56,085 nucleotides of DNA, taken from contig CANRPP010000004.1 in NCBI GenBank assembly GCA_947632545.1, forward strand, positions 1-56,085, read 5' to 3'. Below are positions 34,046 through 43,974 of the stretch, piece after piece. Positions within the stretch are counted from its first letter, which is position 1, and the number at the start of each line of letters is the position of its first letter. This stretch comes from an uncultured Bacilli bacterium (GTDB taxonomy: Bacteria > Bacillota_I > Bacilli_A > RF39 > UBA660). The notes beneath the pieces are model-generated. The model had not been told where the DNA came from. It saw nothing but the letters and a program-made list of their open reading frames with translations, and ran no database searches. A program made the translations under genes and the position numbers.

Positions 34046-36175
34046 TTATCTTTTAATTTCTACTAATTCATAAACTTCTATGATATCTTTTTCTTTATAA
34101 TCTTGGCAATTTTCTAAAGTTATACCACAATCCATATCCTTCTTTACTTCTTTAACTTGATCTTTTTCATGTTGTAATGTATTAATTTTTCCATTATAGA
34201 TAACTGTACCATCACGTATTATTCTAGCATTAGCATTACTTTTAATATTTCCAGATAATACATGACATCCAGCAATTAAACCAACTTTAGAAAATTTAAA
34301 TAATTGTCTTACTTCTAAAGTACCGATTACTTTTTCTTCATATTCAGGATCAAGCATACCTTTCATAGCAGCTTCCATATCTTCTACTACTTTATAAATA
34401 ATATCATAGTTCCTAATTTCTATTCCATACTCTTTAGCAATATCTGCTGTTTTAGAGTTAGCACGTACATTAAATCCAATAATTATAGCATTAGAAGCGG
34501 AAGCAAGAACTACATCACTTTCAGTAATTGCACCTACACTACTTCTTATTACATTTATTTTAACACCTTCAACGTTAATTTTTTCTAATGAACTTTTTAC
34601 AGCTTCACTACTACCATTTACATCTGCTTTTATAATAACATTTATTTCTTTTATACCTTCTTGAATTTGACCAAATAAATCTTCTAATGTCATTCCACTT
34701 TTATTAGTAACTTCATCTCTTGCTCTCACAGTTCTTTCTTCTGCAATTGATTTAGCTTGTTTTTCTGTTTCAAAGGCCATAAATCTATCTCCTGCAGATG
34801 GAACATCAGAAATACCTGTAATTTCAACTGGAGTTGATGGAAGTGCTTCTACTAAATTTCTTCCTAAATCATCTTTTAAAGTTCTTACTTTACCATAACT
34901 TGTGCCAACTACTATAGGATCTCCTAATCTTAAAGTACCATTTTGAATTAATAATGATACAACAGAACCTATTTGTTTATCTTTACGTGATTCTATAACT
35001 GTACCACTTGCATAACGATTTGGATTAGCTTTTAACTCTTGCATATCAGCAACTAATAAAATATTTGATAACAACTCATCAATGCCTAAACCTGATTTTG
35101 CTGATATTTTACATACAATTGTATCTCCACCCCATTCTTCAGGTGTTAAACCATTTTCCACTAACTCAGTCATTATTCTATCTGGATTAGCACCCTCTTT
35201 ATCAATTTTATTAATAGCAACTATAATAGGTACATTTGCTGCTTTAGCATGGTCAATTGCTTCTTTAGTTTGAGGCATAACGCCATCGTCTGCAGCTACT
35301 ATAATAATAACAACATCTGTAACACTAGCTCCACGTGCCCTCATTTCTGTAAAAGCTTCATGACCAGGTGTATCAATAAAAGTAATTTTTCTTCCATCAC
35401 ATTCTACAGAATATGCACCAATTGCTTGAGTAATACCACCGGCTTCTAAACTTACAACATTAGTCTTTCTAATTGTATCTAGTAAAGTTGTTTTACCATG
35501 ATCAACATGACCCATAATTGTAACAACTGGAGGACGTGGTACTAAATATTCTTCCCTATCTTCTAATTCAAGATTTTCAAAGTTTGAAATATCACTAGTT
35601 TCTTCTCTTTTTAAAATTTTATTATAATCGCTAACTAAAACTTCACATGTTTCAAAATCTATACTTTGATTTACATTAGCCATAATACCTAAAGCCATAA
35701 CTTTTTTTACTAATTCAGCACCACTAACATCTAATAATGCTGCAATCTCCCCAATAGTCATTCCTTCTTTATATAAAATAACATCATCATTTTGAATAGC
35801 TTCATTACTTTGTAATTTTTCACGATGCTTATAAATTTTCTTTCTTTCTTTAATAAAATTATTTTTAGCTTCTTGTTTTTTTACTACTTTAGTTTTTACC
35901 TTTTCAAATCTTTCTTGTTTATCTAAATCAATATTTGCTTCTTCTGCAAGTGCTTCTGCTTTTTCACTTACTTCTTCTTCATATAATTCATCTTCATTAT
36001 CACTATCATTTATATAATCTTCTTGATCTTGAATTTCATTATCAAGTAAAATTATATCCTCTTCTGATAACATAGACTCATCATTTTCATAACTAATACC
36101 AATCTTATCACATAAAGCTTTAACTAAATCTATATCCATATTAACATCTTGTGCATAATCAATTAAACTCATCAT
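34046..36175 (-). CDS. infB: Translation initiation factor IF-2
   Basis: G-domain motifs GHVDHGKTT, DTPGH and NKID. Start taken at the ATG after GAGGTGA. Confidence 0.95.
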   Translation of the reverse strand: MMSLIDYAQDVNMDIDLVKALCDKIGISYENDESMLSEEDIILLDNEIQDQEDYINDSDNEDELYEEEVSEKAEALAEEANIDLDKQERFEKVKTKVVKKQEAKNNFIKERKKIYKHREKLQSNEAIQNDDVILYKEGMTIGEIAALLDVSGAELVKKVMALGIMANVNQSIDFETCEVLVSDYNKILKREETSDISNFENLELEDREEYLVPRPPVVTIMGHVDHGKTTLLDTIRKTNVVSLEAGGITQAIGAYSVECDGRKITFIDTPGHEAFTEMRARGASVTDVVIIIVAADDGVMPQTKEAIDHAKAANVPIIVAINKIDKEGANPDRIMTELVENGLTPEEWGGDTIVCKISAKSGLGIDELLSNILLVADMQELKANPNRYASGTVIESRKDKQIGSVVSLLIQNGTLRLGDPIVVGTSYGKVRTLKDDLGRNLVEALPSTPVEITGISDVPSAGDRFMAFETEKQAKSIAEERTVRARDEVTNKSGMTLEDLFGQIQEGIKEINVIIKADVNGSSEAVKSSLEKINVEGVKINVIRSSVGAITESDVVLASASNAIIIGFNVRANSKTADIAKEYGIEIRNYDIIYKVVEDMEAAMKGMLDPEYEEKVIGTLEVRQLFKFSKVGLIAGCHVLSGNIKSNANARIIRDGTVIYNGKINTLQHEKDQVKEVKKDMDCGITLENCQDYKEKDIIEVYELVEIKR

Positions 36176-36185
36176 GTTAATCACC

Positions 36186-36449
36186 TCACTTTTCTAATAT
36201 TTCTTTAATTTCATCATAAACAGAATCATCTATATTACATTCTAATCTTTTTTCTAATATTTTACTCTTTTTAGCTTTTTCTAATACACTAACATCTTTT
36301 TTTATATAAGCGCCTCTACCATTAGCTTTGCCAGTTGTATCTACAATAATTTTTTTATCAGGCGTTCTAACTATTCTAAGAAGTTCTACTTTAGGTAAAG
36401 TTTCTTTAGTAACAACACATGTTCTTAAAGGAATTTTCTTAACCTTCAT
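36186..36449 (-). CDS. YlxR/RnpM-family RNA-binding protein (DUF448)
   Basis: 87 aa with PLRTCVVT and GRGAYI motifs. Sits in the canonical position between nusA and infB. Confidence 0.88.
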   Translation of the reverse strand: MKVKKIPLRTCVVTKETLPKVELLRIVRTPDKKIIVDTTGKANGRGAYIKKDVSVLEKAKKSKILEKRLECNIDDSVYDEIKEILEK

Positions 36450-36482
36450 TATATAACCTCCTTATATTTACTAACATCAATA

Positions 36483-37619
36483 TTATGCTTCTTCTCTAAA
36501 GTTTATTCCTTCATCTCTTGCTTGCTCATAATTTTTAATATCTATACGATAATGAGTTAATCTACTAGCAAGTTTTGCATTTTGACCTTTTTTACCAATA
36601 GCAAGTGAAAAATTATCATCATCTGCAATAACCATAGCTTCTTGCTTTTTAGGATCAGTTATAGCAACTTTTAAGTTTTTTGCAGGTGACAAAGCATTCT
36701 CTATAAATATAGCTGGGTCTTTATCATATCTAACTACATCTATTTTTTCACCATGTAATTCTTCAATAATACGCGCTATACGGGAACCTTTTTCACCAAT
36801 ACATGCTCCAATTGGATCAATATTAGGATTTTCTGAATATACAGCAATTTTACTTCTATTACCAGCATCTCTTGCTACACTATAAAGTAGTACAGATCCA
36901 TCTGATAATTCTGGAATTTCAAGTTCAAATAAACGTTTTACAAAACCATAGTGAACTCTTGAAAGTAAAATAAGTAAATTCTTACCATTATTATCAACTT
37001 TAGTAACATATACTTTTATTTGACTACCCATTTCTATTTTTTCACCAGGAATAATATCTTTTTTAGGTAAAATACCATTAGTACGTCCTAAATCAATAAA
37101 ATAATTATCTGTATCTTCAAGTGCTACTGTACCAATAAGTAATTCATCTTGTTTATCTCCATATTCTTCCATAATACTATTTCTTTCAGCTTCACGCATT
37201 TTTTGAATAATAACTTGTTTAGCTGTTGATGCTGCAACACGTCCAAAATCTTTTGGAGTAACTTCTGTATCAATTGTATCTCCCACATTTAATGATTTAT
37301 CTTCACGTCTAGCGTCTTTTAATTTTATTTCAATATCAGGATTAAATAATTCTGGTAAAATTTCATTACCCTCTTCATCTAATTCAACATCTTCTGGATA
37401 ATCTTCTGGCTTATCATCATCAACTACTGTTAAATAAGAATATACTTTAATATCTCCCGTATCACGATTTATTAATACTTTTACATTTGTTTTAGAATTA
37501 AAATTCTTTTTATAAGCAGAAGTTAAGGCAAGTTCCATAGCCTCATATACTACTTCTTTATCAATTCCCTTTTCTTTAACAATATTATCAACTGCTTTTA
37601 AGAATTCTTTACTATCCAT
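36483..37619 (-). CDS. nusA: Transcription termination/antitermination factor NusA
   Basis: 378 aa with an N-terminal domain, S1 domain (GTVALED..YFIDLG) and two KH domains (GACIGEKGSRI and LAIGKKGQNAKLAS). Confidence 0.95.
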   Translation of the reverse strand: MDSKEFLKAVDNIVKEKGIDKEVVYEAMELALTSAYKKNFNSKTNVKVLINRDTGDIKVYSYLTVVDDDKPEDYPEDVELDEEGNEILPELFNPDIEIKLKDARREDKSLNVGDTIDTEVTPKDFGRVAASTAKQVIIQKMREAERNSIMEEYGDKQDELLIGTVALEDTDNYFIDLGRTNGILPKKDIIPGEKIEMGSQIKVYVTKVDNNGKNLLILLSRVHYGFVKRLFELEIPELSDGSVLLYSVARDAGNRSKIAVYSENPNIDPIGACIGEKGSRIARIIEELHGEKIDVVRYDKDPAIFIENALSPAKNLKVAITDPKKQEAMVIADDDNFSLAIGKKGQNAKLASRLTHYRIDIKNYEQARDEGINFREEA

Positions 37620-37872
37620 TAATACTCTCTCCTTTTTCCTCTGAATAAATATCTAATTCATCATAATCATGTTCAATCTTATCAGTTTTATCCATAATCT
37701 CATTTATAATTTTAGATGCCTCTGTTATTCTATTTAAATCAATAACAGTATCACTATCAAGTACAATATTAAATACATTTTTACCTTCTACTTTAGAAAT
37801 AAAAGCATCACTAACAAACATATTTAAATCACTAATTTTAGAATCAATTAAAGATTTAACTATATCCTTCAT
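37612..37872 (-). CDS. rimP: Short RimP-like protein (N-terminal domain only)
   Basis: Occupies the rimP position, with an 8-nt overlap onto nusA. It is 86 aa versus about 150 aa for typical RimP, and the C-terminal Sm-like domain appears absent. RBS GGAGGTG. Confidence 0.55.
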   Translation of the reverse strand: MKDIVKSLIDSKISDLNMFVSDAFISKVEGKNVFNIVLDSDTVIDLNRITEASKIINEIMDKTDKIEHDYDELDIYSEEKGESING

Positions 37873-37893
37873 AAACACCTCCTACATATTTAA

Positions 37894-37917
37894 AGGAGTG
37901 GATAAAATTCCACTCCT
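37894..37917 (-). promoter_or_regulatory. 5'-leader hairpin of the rimP-nusA-infB operon (attenuator or SD-switch candidate)
   Basis: Reverse strand: AGGAGTGG/CCACTCCT stem followed by TTTAAAT. The 3' arm is also complementary to the rimP SD (AGGAGGTG) located 12 nt downstream. Confidence 0.4.
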
Positions 37918-38034
37918 CCTTTCTTTAATAGATTATACCACAATTTATATAAATTTCAAATAATTATTTATATATTTTAAATAAAGTATGTATTTTAATA
38001 GTAAATTATGATATTATTTAATAGGTGATTATAT

Positions 38035-38718
38035 ATGAAAAATAAAAATTTAATAAAGAATATTATAAAACTATTTATATGCTTTTTCTTATTCTTTTAT
38101 AGAATAATATTTATTTTACCTATTATTAAAATACTAAATATTAATACTAAAAAAATGAGTACTCAAACAGAAATAATATTATCTCTTATTGGTAATATAA
38201 TATTTAGTATAGTTATATTTTTAATGTATAGAAAAGAAATTATAAATGAATGGAAAATATTTAAGAAAAATTTTTCTGATAATATAGATACTAGTATAAA
38301 ATATTGGTTAATAGGATTAGTTTTTATGGTATTATCAAATTTTATATTAAACTTTATTTTAAATGGAGGCCAAGCTCTTAATGAACAAGGTGTACAAAAA
38401 ATGATAGATAAAGCTCCTTTAATTATGTTAATTACTGCAGGAATTATTGGCCCTATAAATGAAGAATTAGTATTTAGAAAAAGTTTTAAAAATGTCTTTA
38501 AAAATAAATGGTTATTTATATTAATATCAGGTATTATATTTGGATATTTACATGTAGATAGCGCTACTAATTTAATACAATTTTTATATATAATTCCATA
38601 TTCATCATTAGGTATTGCTTTTGCTACTACATATTATAAAACAGATACAGTATTCTCATCTATTTTTGCACATATGTTACATAATACTATTTTAACTTTA
38701 TTATCAATGTCAATATAA
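38035..38718 (+). CDS. CPBP-family intramembrane glutamic endopeptidase (CAAX protease-like)
   Basis: Multi-TM protein with the motifs EELVFRK, FGYLH and HMLHN. Confidence 0.85.
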   Translation: MKNKNLIKNIIKLFICFFLFFYRIIFILPIIKILNINTKKMSTQTEIILSLIGNIIFSIVIFLMYRKEIINEWKIFKKNFSDNIDTSIKYWLIGLVFMVLSNFILNFILNGGQALNEQGVQKMIDKAPLIMLITAGIIGPINEELVFRKSFKNVFKNKWLFILISGIIFGYLHVDSATNLIQFLYIIPYSSLGIAFATTYYKTDTVFSSIFAHMLHNTILTLLSMSI

Positions 38719-38726
38719 AAGAAGTA

Positions 38727-39347
38727 TTAAGAAATACCTCTTTTTATTTTTGTATCATAAATAACTAAGAAAATAGATATTACAGCTTCTATCATAACTG
38801 ATATAAAATATACTTGCCAAAACATATCAGTAACTATCATATTTAATGTAAATAACATATAAATTATATGATTAATAATCATAGAAAAGATATAACTAAA
38901 ATATACTAATATCCCCTCTTTTTTTATTTCCATATTAGAAATTATATAATAATATATTGCTGAATTTACAAATAAACTAACAAAATAACTAATAGCTTGA
39001 GAACCTATTTCTATAAAATCTAATCTCTTACCAATTAAATCTTCTATTAAAATTATAAACGCTATAATAATCAAGGTTGAAATAATAGTTGATTTTAAAC
39101 TATATTTAAATCCTAACTTTTTAGTTATATAATTACTAGTAAATACAATACATGGTAATATAAATACAGCAAATGTTATATTACAACCAAATAAATTAAA
39201 AGTATAACTTTTTAAAGCAGTAGCTAAAATTGATATAGTTGCAAGTAGAAATGTAAATAGAAAAAATTCATTATCTATTTCTTTAGTAATATCTTTCTTT
39301 TTTCTTACAACTTTTTTCTTTTTTTTAGATTTATCTTTATTTTCCAT
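38727..39347 (-). CDS. Integral membrane protein (possibly VUT/DUF165 family)
   Basis: 206 aa. Lys-rich N-terminus followed by about six TM helices. The resemblance to YhhQ-type proteins is weak. Confidence 0.4.
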   Translation of the reverse strand: MENKDKSKKKKKVVRKKKDITKEIDNEFFLFTFLLATISILATALKSYTFNLFGCNITFAVFILPCIVFTSNYITKKLGFKYSLKSTIISTLIIIAFIILIEDLIGKRLDFIEIGSQAISYFVSLFVNSAIYYYIISNMEIKKEGILVYFSYIFSMIINHIIYMLFTLNMIVTDMFWQVYFISVMIEAVISIFLVIYDTKIKRGIS

Positions 39348-39445
39348 AAAATAAACCTCCTATCTTATTTATATTTATAATACCATATTTTATAAAAAAG
39401 TAAAATAATTTTAAAATATATGGTACAATATAATTGGTGAAGAAT

Positions 39446-40372
39446 ATGTCAAGTCGTGAAGAAAAGAATAAAAAAAAGCAAGATGAATTAGAAAAGACTG
39501 CTAAAAGGGAAAAAAGAATTAAAATAATAAAATTAACTATAAAAATCTTCATAATTGTATTTATTATTTTATTAATATCACTATTTTATGCAGATTATTC
39601 ATCTAAAAATATTATTGTTAAAGAAAAACGAATTAGAAATGAAAAAATTCCTACTAGTATGAATGGAATCAAGATTATTGCTTTTTCTGATTTAGATTAT
39701 GGTTCTACAATTTTTAATAATGAAGTTAAAAAACTAGTAAAAATTATAAATAAAAGAAAACCTGATATAGTTATATTTACTGGTAATTTAATTAATAAAA
39801 ATTATAAAATAAAAACTAAAGAACAAGAAGAATTAATAAAAGAATTACAACAAATAAATACAACTATGGGTAAATATGCTATTACAGGTAAAAATGATAA
39901 AGATAATTTTAATACTATTATGAATCAAAGTAGTTTTACAATTTTAAATAATGAATATGATCTTATCTATAATTCTGATAATAATCCTATTCTTATTGTT
40001 GGTCTTTCAAGTCTATTAAAAGAAAAAAGAGATATAGATAAAGCTTATTCATACTTTAATGAAGAAACTCATAACTCTAATATATATACAATTAGTATTA
40101 TGAGTGAGACTGATGATTTGGATAGTATTTTATCAAAATATCATAGTGATTTAGTATTAGGTGGAAATTCTCTAAATGGTGAAATGAGACTACCACTAAT
40201 TGGAGGTATTATTAAAGAGGATGGTTCAAAAAAATATATAGATGAATACTACAAACTAAATGATACAGAAATCTATATCTCCAGTGGGATAGCATCTCCA
40301 AATACAGGATTTAGATTATTTAATAGACCAAGTGTTAATTTATTTAGAATAACTAATAAAATGGAGAAATAA
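39446..40372 (+). CDS. Membrane-anchored metallophosphoesterase (YkuE/calcineurin-like)
   Basis: N-terminal TM helix. IIAFSDLDYG and IVIFTGNLI resemble metallophosphoesterase motifs I and II. ATG at 39446 is preferred over the TTG at 39434. Confidence 0.6.
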   Translation: MSSREEKNKKKQDELEKTAKREKRIKIIKLTIKIFIIVFIILLISLFYADYSSKNIIVKEKRIRNEKIPTSMNGIKIIAFSDLDYGSTIFNNEVKKLVKIINKRKPDIVIFTGNLINKNYKIKTKEQEELIKELQQINTTMGKYAITGKNDKDNFNTIMNQSSFTILNNEYDLIYNSDNNPILIVGLSSLLKEKRDIDKAYSYFNEETHNSNIYTISIMSETDDLDSILSKYHSDLVLGGNSLNGEMRLPLIGGIIKEDGSKKYIDEYYKLNDTEIYISSGIASPNTGFRLFNRPSVNLFRITNKMEK

Positions 40373-40374
40373 TT

Positions 40375-40725
40375 ATGAAAAAAAGAAAAAATATAAAAAA
40401 CATAGAACATATAATAAGAAATATATTAATAATCTTAACAATCATAAGTTTAACTATAACAACATTAAATTTTACTTATTTGATATACCAAGATAAAAAT
40501 ATTGAAATAATAAATAATTTTTTAATTACTTATATAAATGGTCCCCTATTTATAATAGATAATATTTTAGTATTTATATTTTCTATTTTATATATTATCT
40601 TTGCTTTAAAATCAAAAAACGAAAGAGTATTAAAAATCTTCTTTAGTCTATTTGCAATATTTACAACTATTACTTCACTAACTCTTACAATAAATGTTAT
40701 TGCTAATATATTTAATATATTTTAA
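40375..40725 (+). CDS. Small membrane protein, unknown function
   Basis: 116 aa with three hydrophobic helices. Starts 2 nt after the upstream stop. Confidence 0.55.
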   Translation: MKKRKNIKNIEHIIRNILIILTIISLTITTLNFTYLIYQDKNIEIINNFLITYINGPLFIIDNILVFIFSILYIIFALKSKNERVLKIFFSLFAIFTTITSLTLTINVIANIFNIF

Positions 40726-40741
40726 AGAAATAGTAAACTTA

Positions 40742-41776
40742 CTATTTTTTTGATACATAAATATTAACACTACCTATTTTTTTATCTTTAAGATAAATAT
40801 CAATTCTACCTACTATATCATTATTTTTATAATTTTTTAATTTAGTTATTTTTACAACAGTTTTTACTAAATCTTTTTCATCTTCACTTAATAAATATGA
40901 AAAATCTTTTTTTAAATATAACTTATCTTTAAAAAACTCTTTATTTATACTAAAATTATTTTTATCAATTATTTTATATTTATCATACTTACTATAAATA
41001 TATTCATATAAATTTTTATGTGTTTCATATTCATTAGGATCATCTAATGTAACTATTGTTAATTTTAAATTATTTTTTTTAGCTGTAGTAACTAAAGTTT
41101 TACCTGCACTCGGAGTATAACCATTTTTACCTCCTGTACAATATTCATAACTATTTAATAATTTATTTCTATTAATCCATAAATAACTTTTATTTTTAGT
41201 TTGTACTTCATATCTTTTAGTATTAGTTATTTTTCTATAAGTATCAAAATTATTATAAGCATACCTTGATAATAATGCCATATCATAAGCAGTTGAATAA
41301 TTTTTAGTTTTTTCATCTAAACCATGACTATTAGCAAAAATTGTATTTTTCATACCTATTTCATGAGCTTTTTTATTCATTAATTTTACAAATGATTCCT
41401 CATCTTTTGATATATTATTTGCAATTACTACTGCAGCATCATTGCCACTTCTAAGTAGTAACCCATATAATAAATCATTTAATGACATTGCCTCATTATA
41501 TTCTAAATATATACTAGTACCATACATTTCTAATATTTCATCTTTTGCTTTATAAACATCTGTAAGTTTACCATTTGATAATGCTACTACTGCTGTCATT
41601 ATCTTAGTAGTAGATGCAATTAATCTCTTATCATTAACATTATTTTTATAAAGTATTCTTCCACTATCAATATCCATAACTATACTTGATTTAGAAGTAT
41701 CCATTTTAGCAAATACAGATATTGGCATAAAAAAAATTATTAATAAAAAAATCATATATTTCCTCAAGTTTATCAC
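40742..41776 (-). CDS. D-alanyl-D-alanine carboxypeptidase (PBP5/DacF-like, S11)
   Basis: Signal peptide, SxxK (ASTTK), SxN (SGND) and a KTG-like motif (GKNGYT). Confidence 0.85.
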   Translation of the reverse strand: MINLRKYMIFLLIIFFMPISVFAKMDTSKSSIVMDIDSGRILYKNNVNDKRLIASTTKIMTAVVALSNGKLTDVYKAKDEILEMYGTSIYLEYNEAMSLNDLLYGLLLRSGNDAAVVIANNISKDEESFVKLMNKKAHEIGMKNTIFANSHGLDEKTKNYSTAYDMALLSRYAYNNFDTYRKITNTKRYEVQTKNKSYLWINRNKLLNSYEYCTGGKNGYTPSAGKTLVTTAKKNNLKLTIVTLDDPNEYETHKNLYEYIYSKYDKYKIIDKNNFSINKEFFKDKLYLKKDFSYLLSEDEKDLVKTVVKITKLKNYKNNDIVGRIDIYLKDKKIGSVNIYVSKK

Positions 41777-41806
41777 CTAAGAAATTATATGACTATATTT
41801 TTTATT

Positions 41807-42223
41807 TTATTTAATTTTATTAATTAATCTTTCTACATTAGAGTATATTTCCCTAAAACATAAATCAAAATCTCTAGTATACCAAGGATCATCTATTTCT
41901 TTATCTGATAATAAATATGTTTTATCACTATTAGGTAAGATACGTTCTAAATCATACAAATTTTCATTATCCATACAAAATATATAATCAAAATCATAAT
42001 AATCTTTATAACTAATTTGTCTAGCTCTATGTTTTTTATAAGGAATATTATTTTTATCTAAAACCTCTTTTACAGGTTTATATATATCATTACCAAGTGC
42101 CTCTGTAGTAGTAGCTTTAGATTCTATATAAAATTTATTTTCTTTATCTAAATATTTCATTATATAATCAGCCATAACTGACCTACATATATTACCATGA
42201 CATACAAATAATATTTTTTTCAT
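41807..42223 (-). CDS. Low-molecular-weight protein-tyrosine phosphatase
   Basis: CX5R(S) P-loop VCHGNICRS near the N-terminus and a DP motif near the C-terminus. Confidence 0.88.
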   Translation of the reverse strand: MKKILFVCHGNICRSVMADYIMKYLDKENKFYIESKATTTEALGNDIYKPVKEVLDKNNIPYKKHRARQISYKDYYDFDYIFCMDNENLYDLERILPNSDKTYLLSDKEIDDPWYTRDFDLCFREIYSNVERLINKIK

Positions 42224-42230
42224 ATAAACC

Positions 42231-42920
42231 TCACATATATTTTTTTATTAAAATAGATTTTTTACCATTTGATTTAATATAATCTATTCCAATATATTTA
42301 AATTTACCTATACCTCTAATAGAAAATATATCATTATCTTTTAAGATATAATTACTATTAGTACATAAATTATAATTAACAATAACTTTTTTATTTTTTA
42401 TCATTAAATTACTATTACTTCTACTAGTAGGTATAAGTCTAGATATAATATTATCAATTCTTAAAGATGATACATTTAAATTTATATCTAAATAGTTTAA
42501 TTTATAATCATTAACTATATCTAAATCCATCTCTAATAATTTAACTTTTTTATTACCAATTGTTATAAAATTATTTATCATATAATCTTTTATAGTATTT
42601 AAAACAACTATATAATATTTATCATTATTAATTATAATATCTCCAAATGAATCTTCACATATATTATGACTAAATAATGCTCCTAATATTTCTCTATGAG
42701 TTAGATTACTATTAGTTTTTATCTCATATAATGTAATATTTAATTTATTTGTATAAACAATTAATTTTTCTGCATCATCAAATAATTTAAATACTTTATA
42801 ATTATTAATATATTTTTTTATATGATTTATTACAAATCTAGTATCAACAGGATTTAAAAAGTTAGAGTTATCTCCTCTAATAACCTTTTCCACTTGGTTA
42901 TTTAAACTAAATTTATCCAT
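42231..42920 (-). CDS. YlmH-like RNA-binding protein with C-terminal S4 domain
   Basis: N-terminal FLNP motif. The C-terminal LRIDNIISRL...IKNKKVIVNY segment is an S4-type alpha-L motif. Confidence 0.65.
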   Translation of the reverse strand: MDKFSLNNQVEKVIRGDNSNFLNPVDTRFVINHIKKYINNYKVFKLFDDAEKLIVYTNKLNITLYEIKTNSNLTHREILGALFSHNICEDSFGDIIINNDKYYIVVLNTIKDYMINNFITIGNKKVKLLEMDLDIVNDYKLNYLDINLNVSSLRIDNIISRLIPTSRSNSNLMIKNKKVIVNYNLCTNSNYILKDNDIFSIRGIGKFKYIGIDYIKSNGKKSILIKKYM

Positions 42921-42960
42921 AGTATCACCAATACATATATAACATAGATATATTAATTAA

Positions 42961-43179
42961 TCAATTTACTTTATAGACTTTTTTATTTAAATCAAGACCA
43001 TTTAATTGTAATTTAATAATTACATCAGTTATTTCTTTATCAGATAAAATATTTTTTAAATTATTTCTATTTAATATCCATAAATCATTTACTATATTTA
43101 TATTATTTTCTATTAATTTATTTTCTATACTTTTAGATAAATGTAATACATTAATTGAATTATTTAATAAATCTTTCAT
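42961..43179 (-). CDS. Small helix-hairpin-helix protein (RNA polymerase alpha CTD-like)
   Basis: 72 aa. LHLSKSIENKLIENNINIVNDL resembles the RpoA-CTD HhH. Start taken at the ATG after AGGTGA. Confidence 0.5.
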   Translation of the reverse strand: MKDLLNNSINVLHLSKSIENKLIENNINIVNDLWILNRNNLKNILSDKEITDVIIKLQLNGLDLNKKVYKVN

Positions 43180-43307
43180 ATAATCACCTACTACATAATA
43201 AAAAATAACTACCAACTGGACTTACGCCAATTAATAGCTACTCGTTGTAAGTATATTATATCAATTATTTATTTTTAATGTAAGAATTTTTATAGAAAAA
43301 GGACTAA

Positions 43308-43922
43308 TTAATATAGTCCATGTAATTTTTGTCTATCTGTATCTGATATATCTTGTAGTTTCCATTCACCATCTTCTTTAGTAAGATTAAATGTAATAGT
43401 ATAGGTAGTTTTATCAGTAACATTTTTTAACTCACTTATTTTATATTCAACATAGTCTTTTAACTCTTCTGCTTTATCTTTAACATCTTCTGCGGCATCT
43501 TCTACTGCATTATCATCTTTATCATCTTCTTTATCTGCTTCTTCTTTTGCTTTATCTTCTTCTTGTTTAAATTCATCTTTATGTTGGTCATAATATTCTT
43601 TTGATTTATTTATAGAAGTAGCATAATCAAAAACTTCAATTTCAACATCAACAGTAGCAGTATCTCCATCTATTTTTTCATCTTTGATTTTATAAGATAA
43701 ATTTTGATATTGTTTTTCCATTAAAGCACGATAATCTTTTTTCTGGTCATCATTCATTTCTGTATCATTATCCATAACTACATCTAATTGAGTTAAAACA
43801 TCATCATCTAATTTTTGATATTTACTTAAAAAATCCTCTACTTTTTTACTTGGTGTATTTGCAGTATTACTACATCCTACCATTAATAATAAGCCTAGAC
43901 AAATTACTAATAATTTTTTCAT
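43308..43922 (-). CDS. Lipoprotein, acidic, unknown function
   Basis: Lipobox LLMVGCS after the signal peptide. RBS GGGAGGAA. Confidence 0.7.
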   Translation of the reverse strand: MKKLLVICLGLLLMVGCSNTANTPSKKVEDFLSKYQKLDDDVLTQLDVVMDNDTEMNDDQKKDYRALMEKQYQNLSYKIKDEKIDGDTATVDVEIEVFDYATSINKSKEYYDQHKDEFKQEEDKAKEEADKEDDKDDNAVEDAAEDVKDKAEELKDYVEYKISELKNVTDKTTYTITFNLTKEDGEWKLQDISDTDRQKLHGLY

Positions 43923-43974
43923 AATTATTCCTCCCATTTATATAATGGAAGAATTTTAAAAATTTATACCTAAA

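Noticed and set aside
39337-39552. 71-aa minus-strand ORF
   Set aside because: It overlaps the start of the 38727-39347 gene and the promoter and 5' end of the plus-strand phosphoesterase gene. It has no RBS, and its Phe/Ile-rich translation is typical of AT-rich noise.
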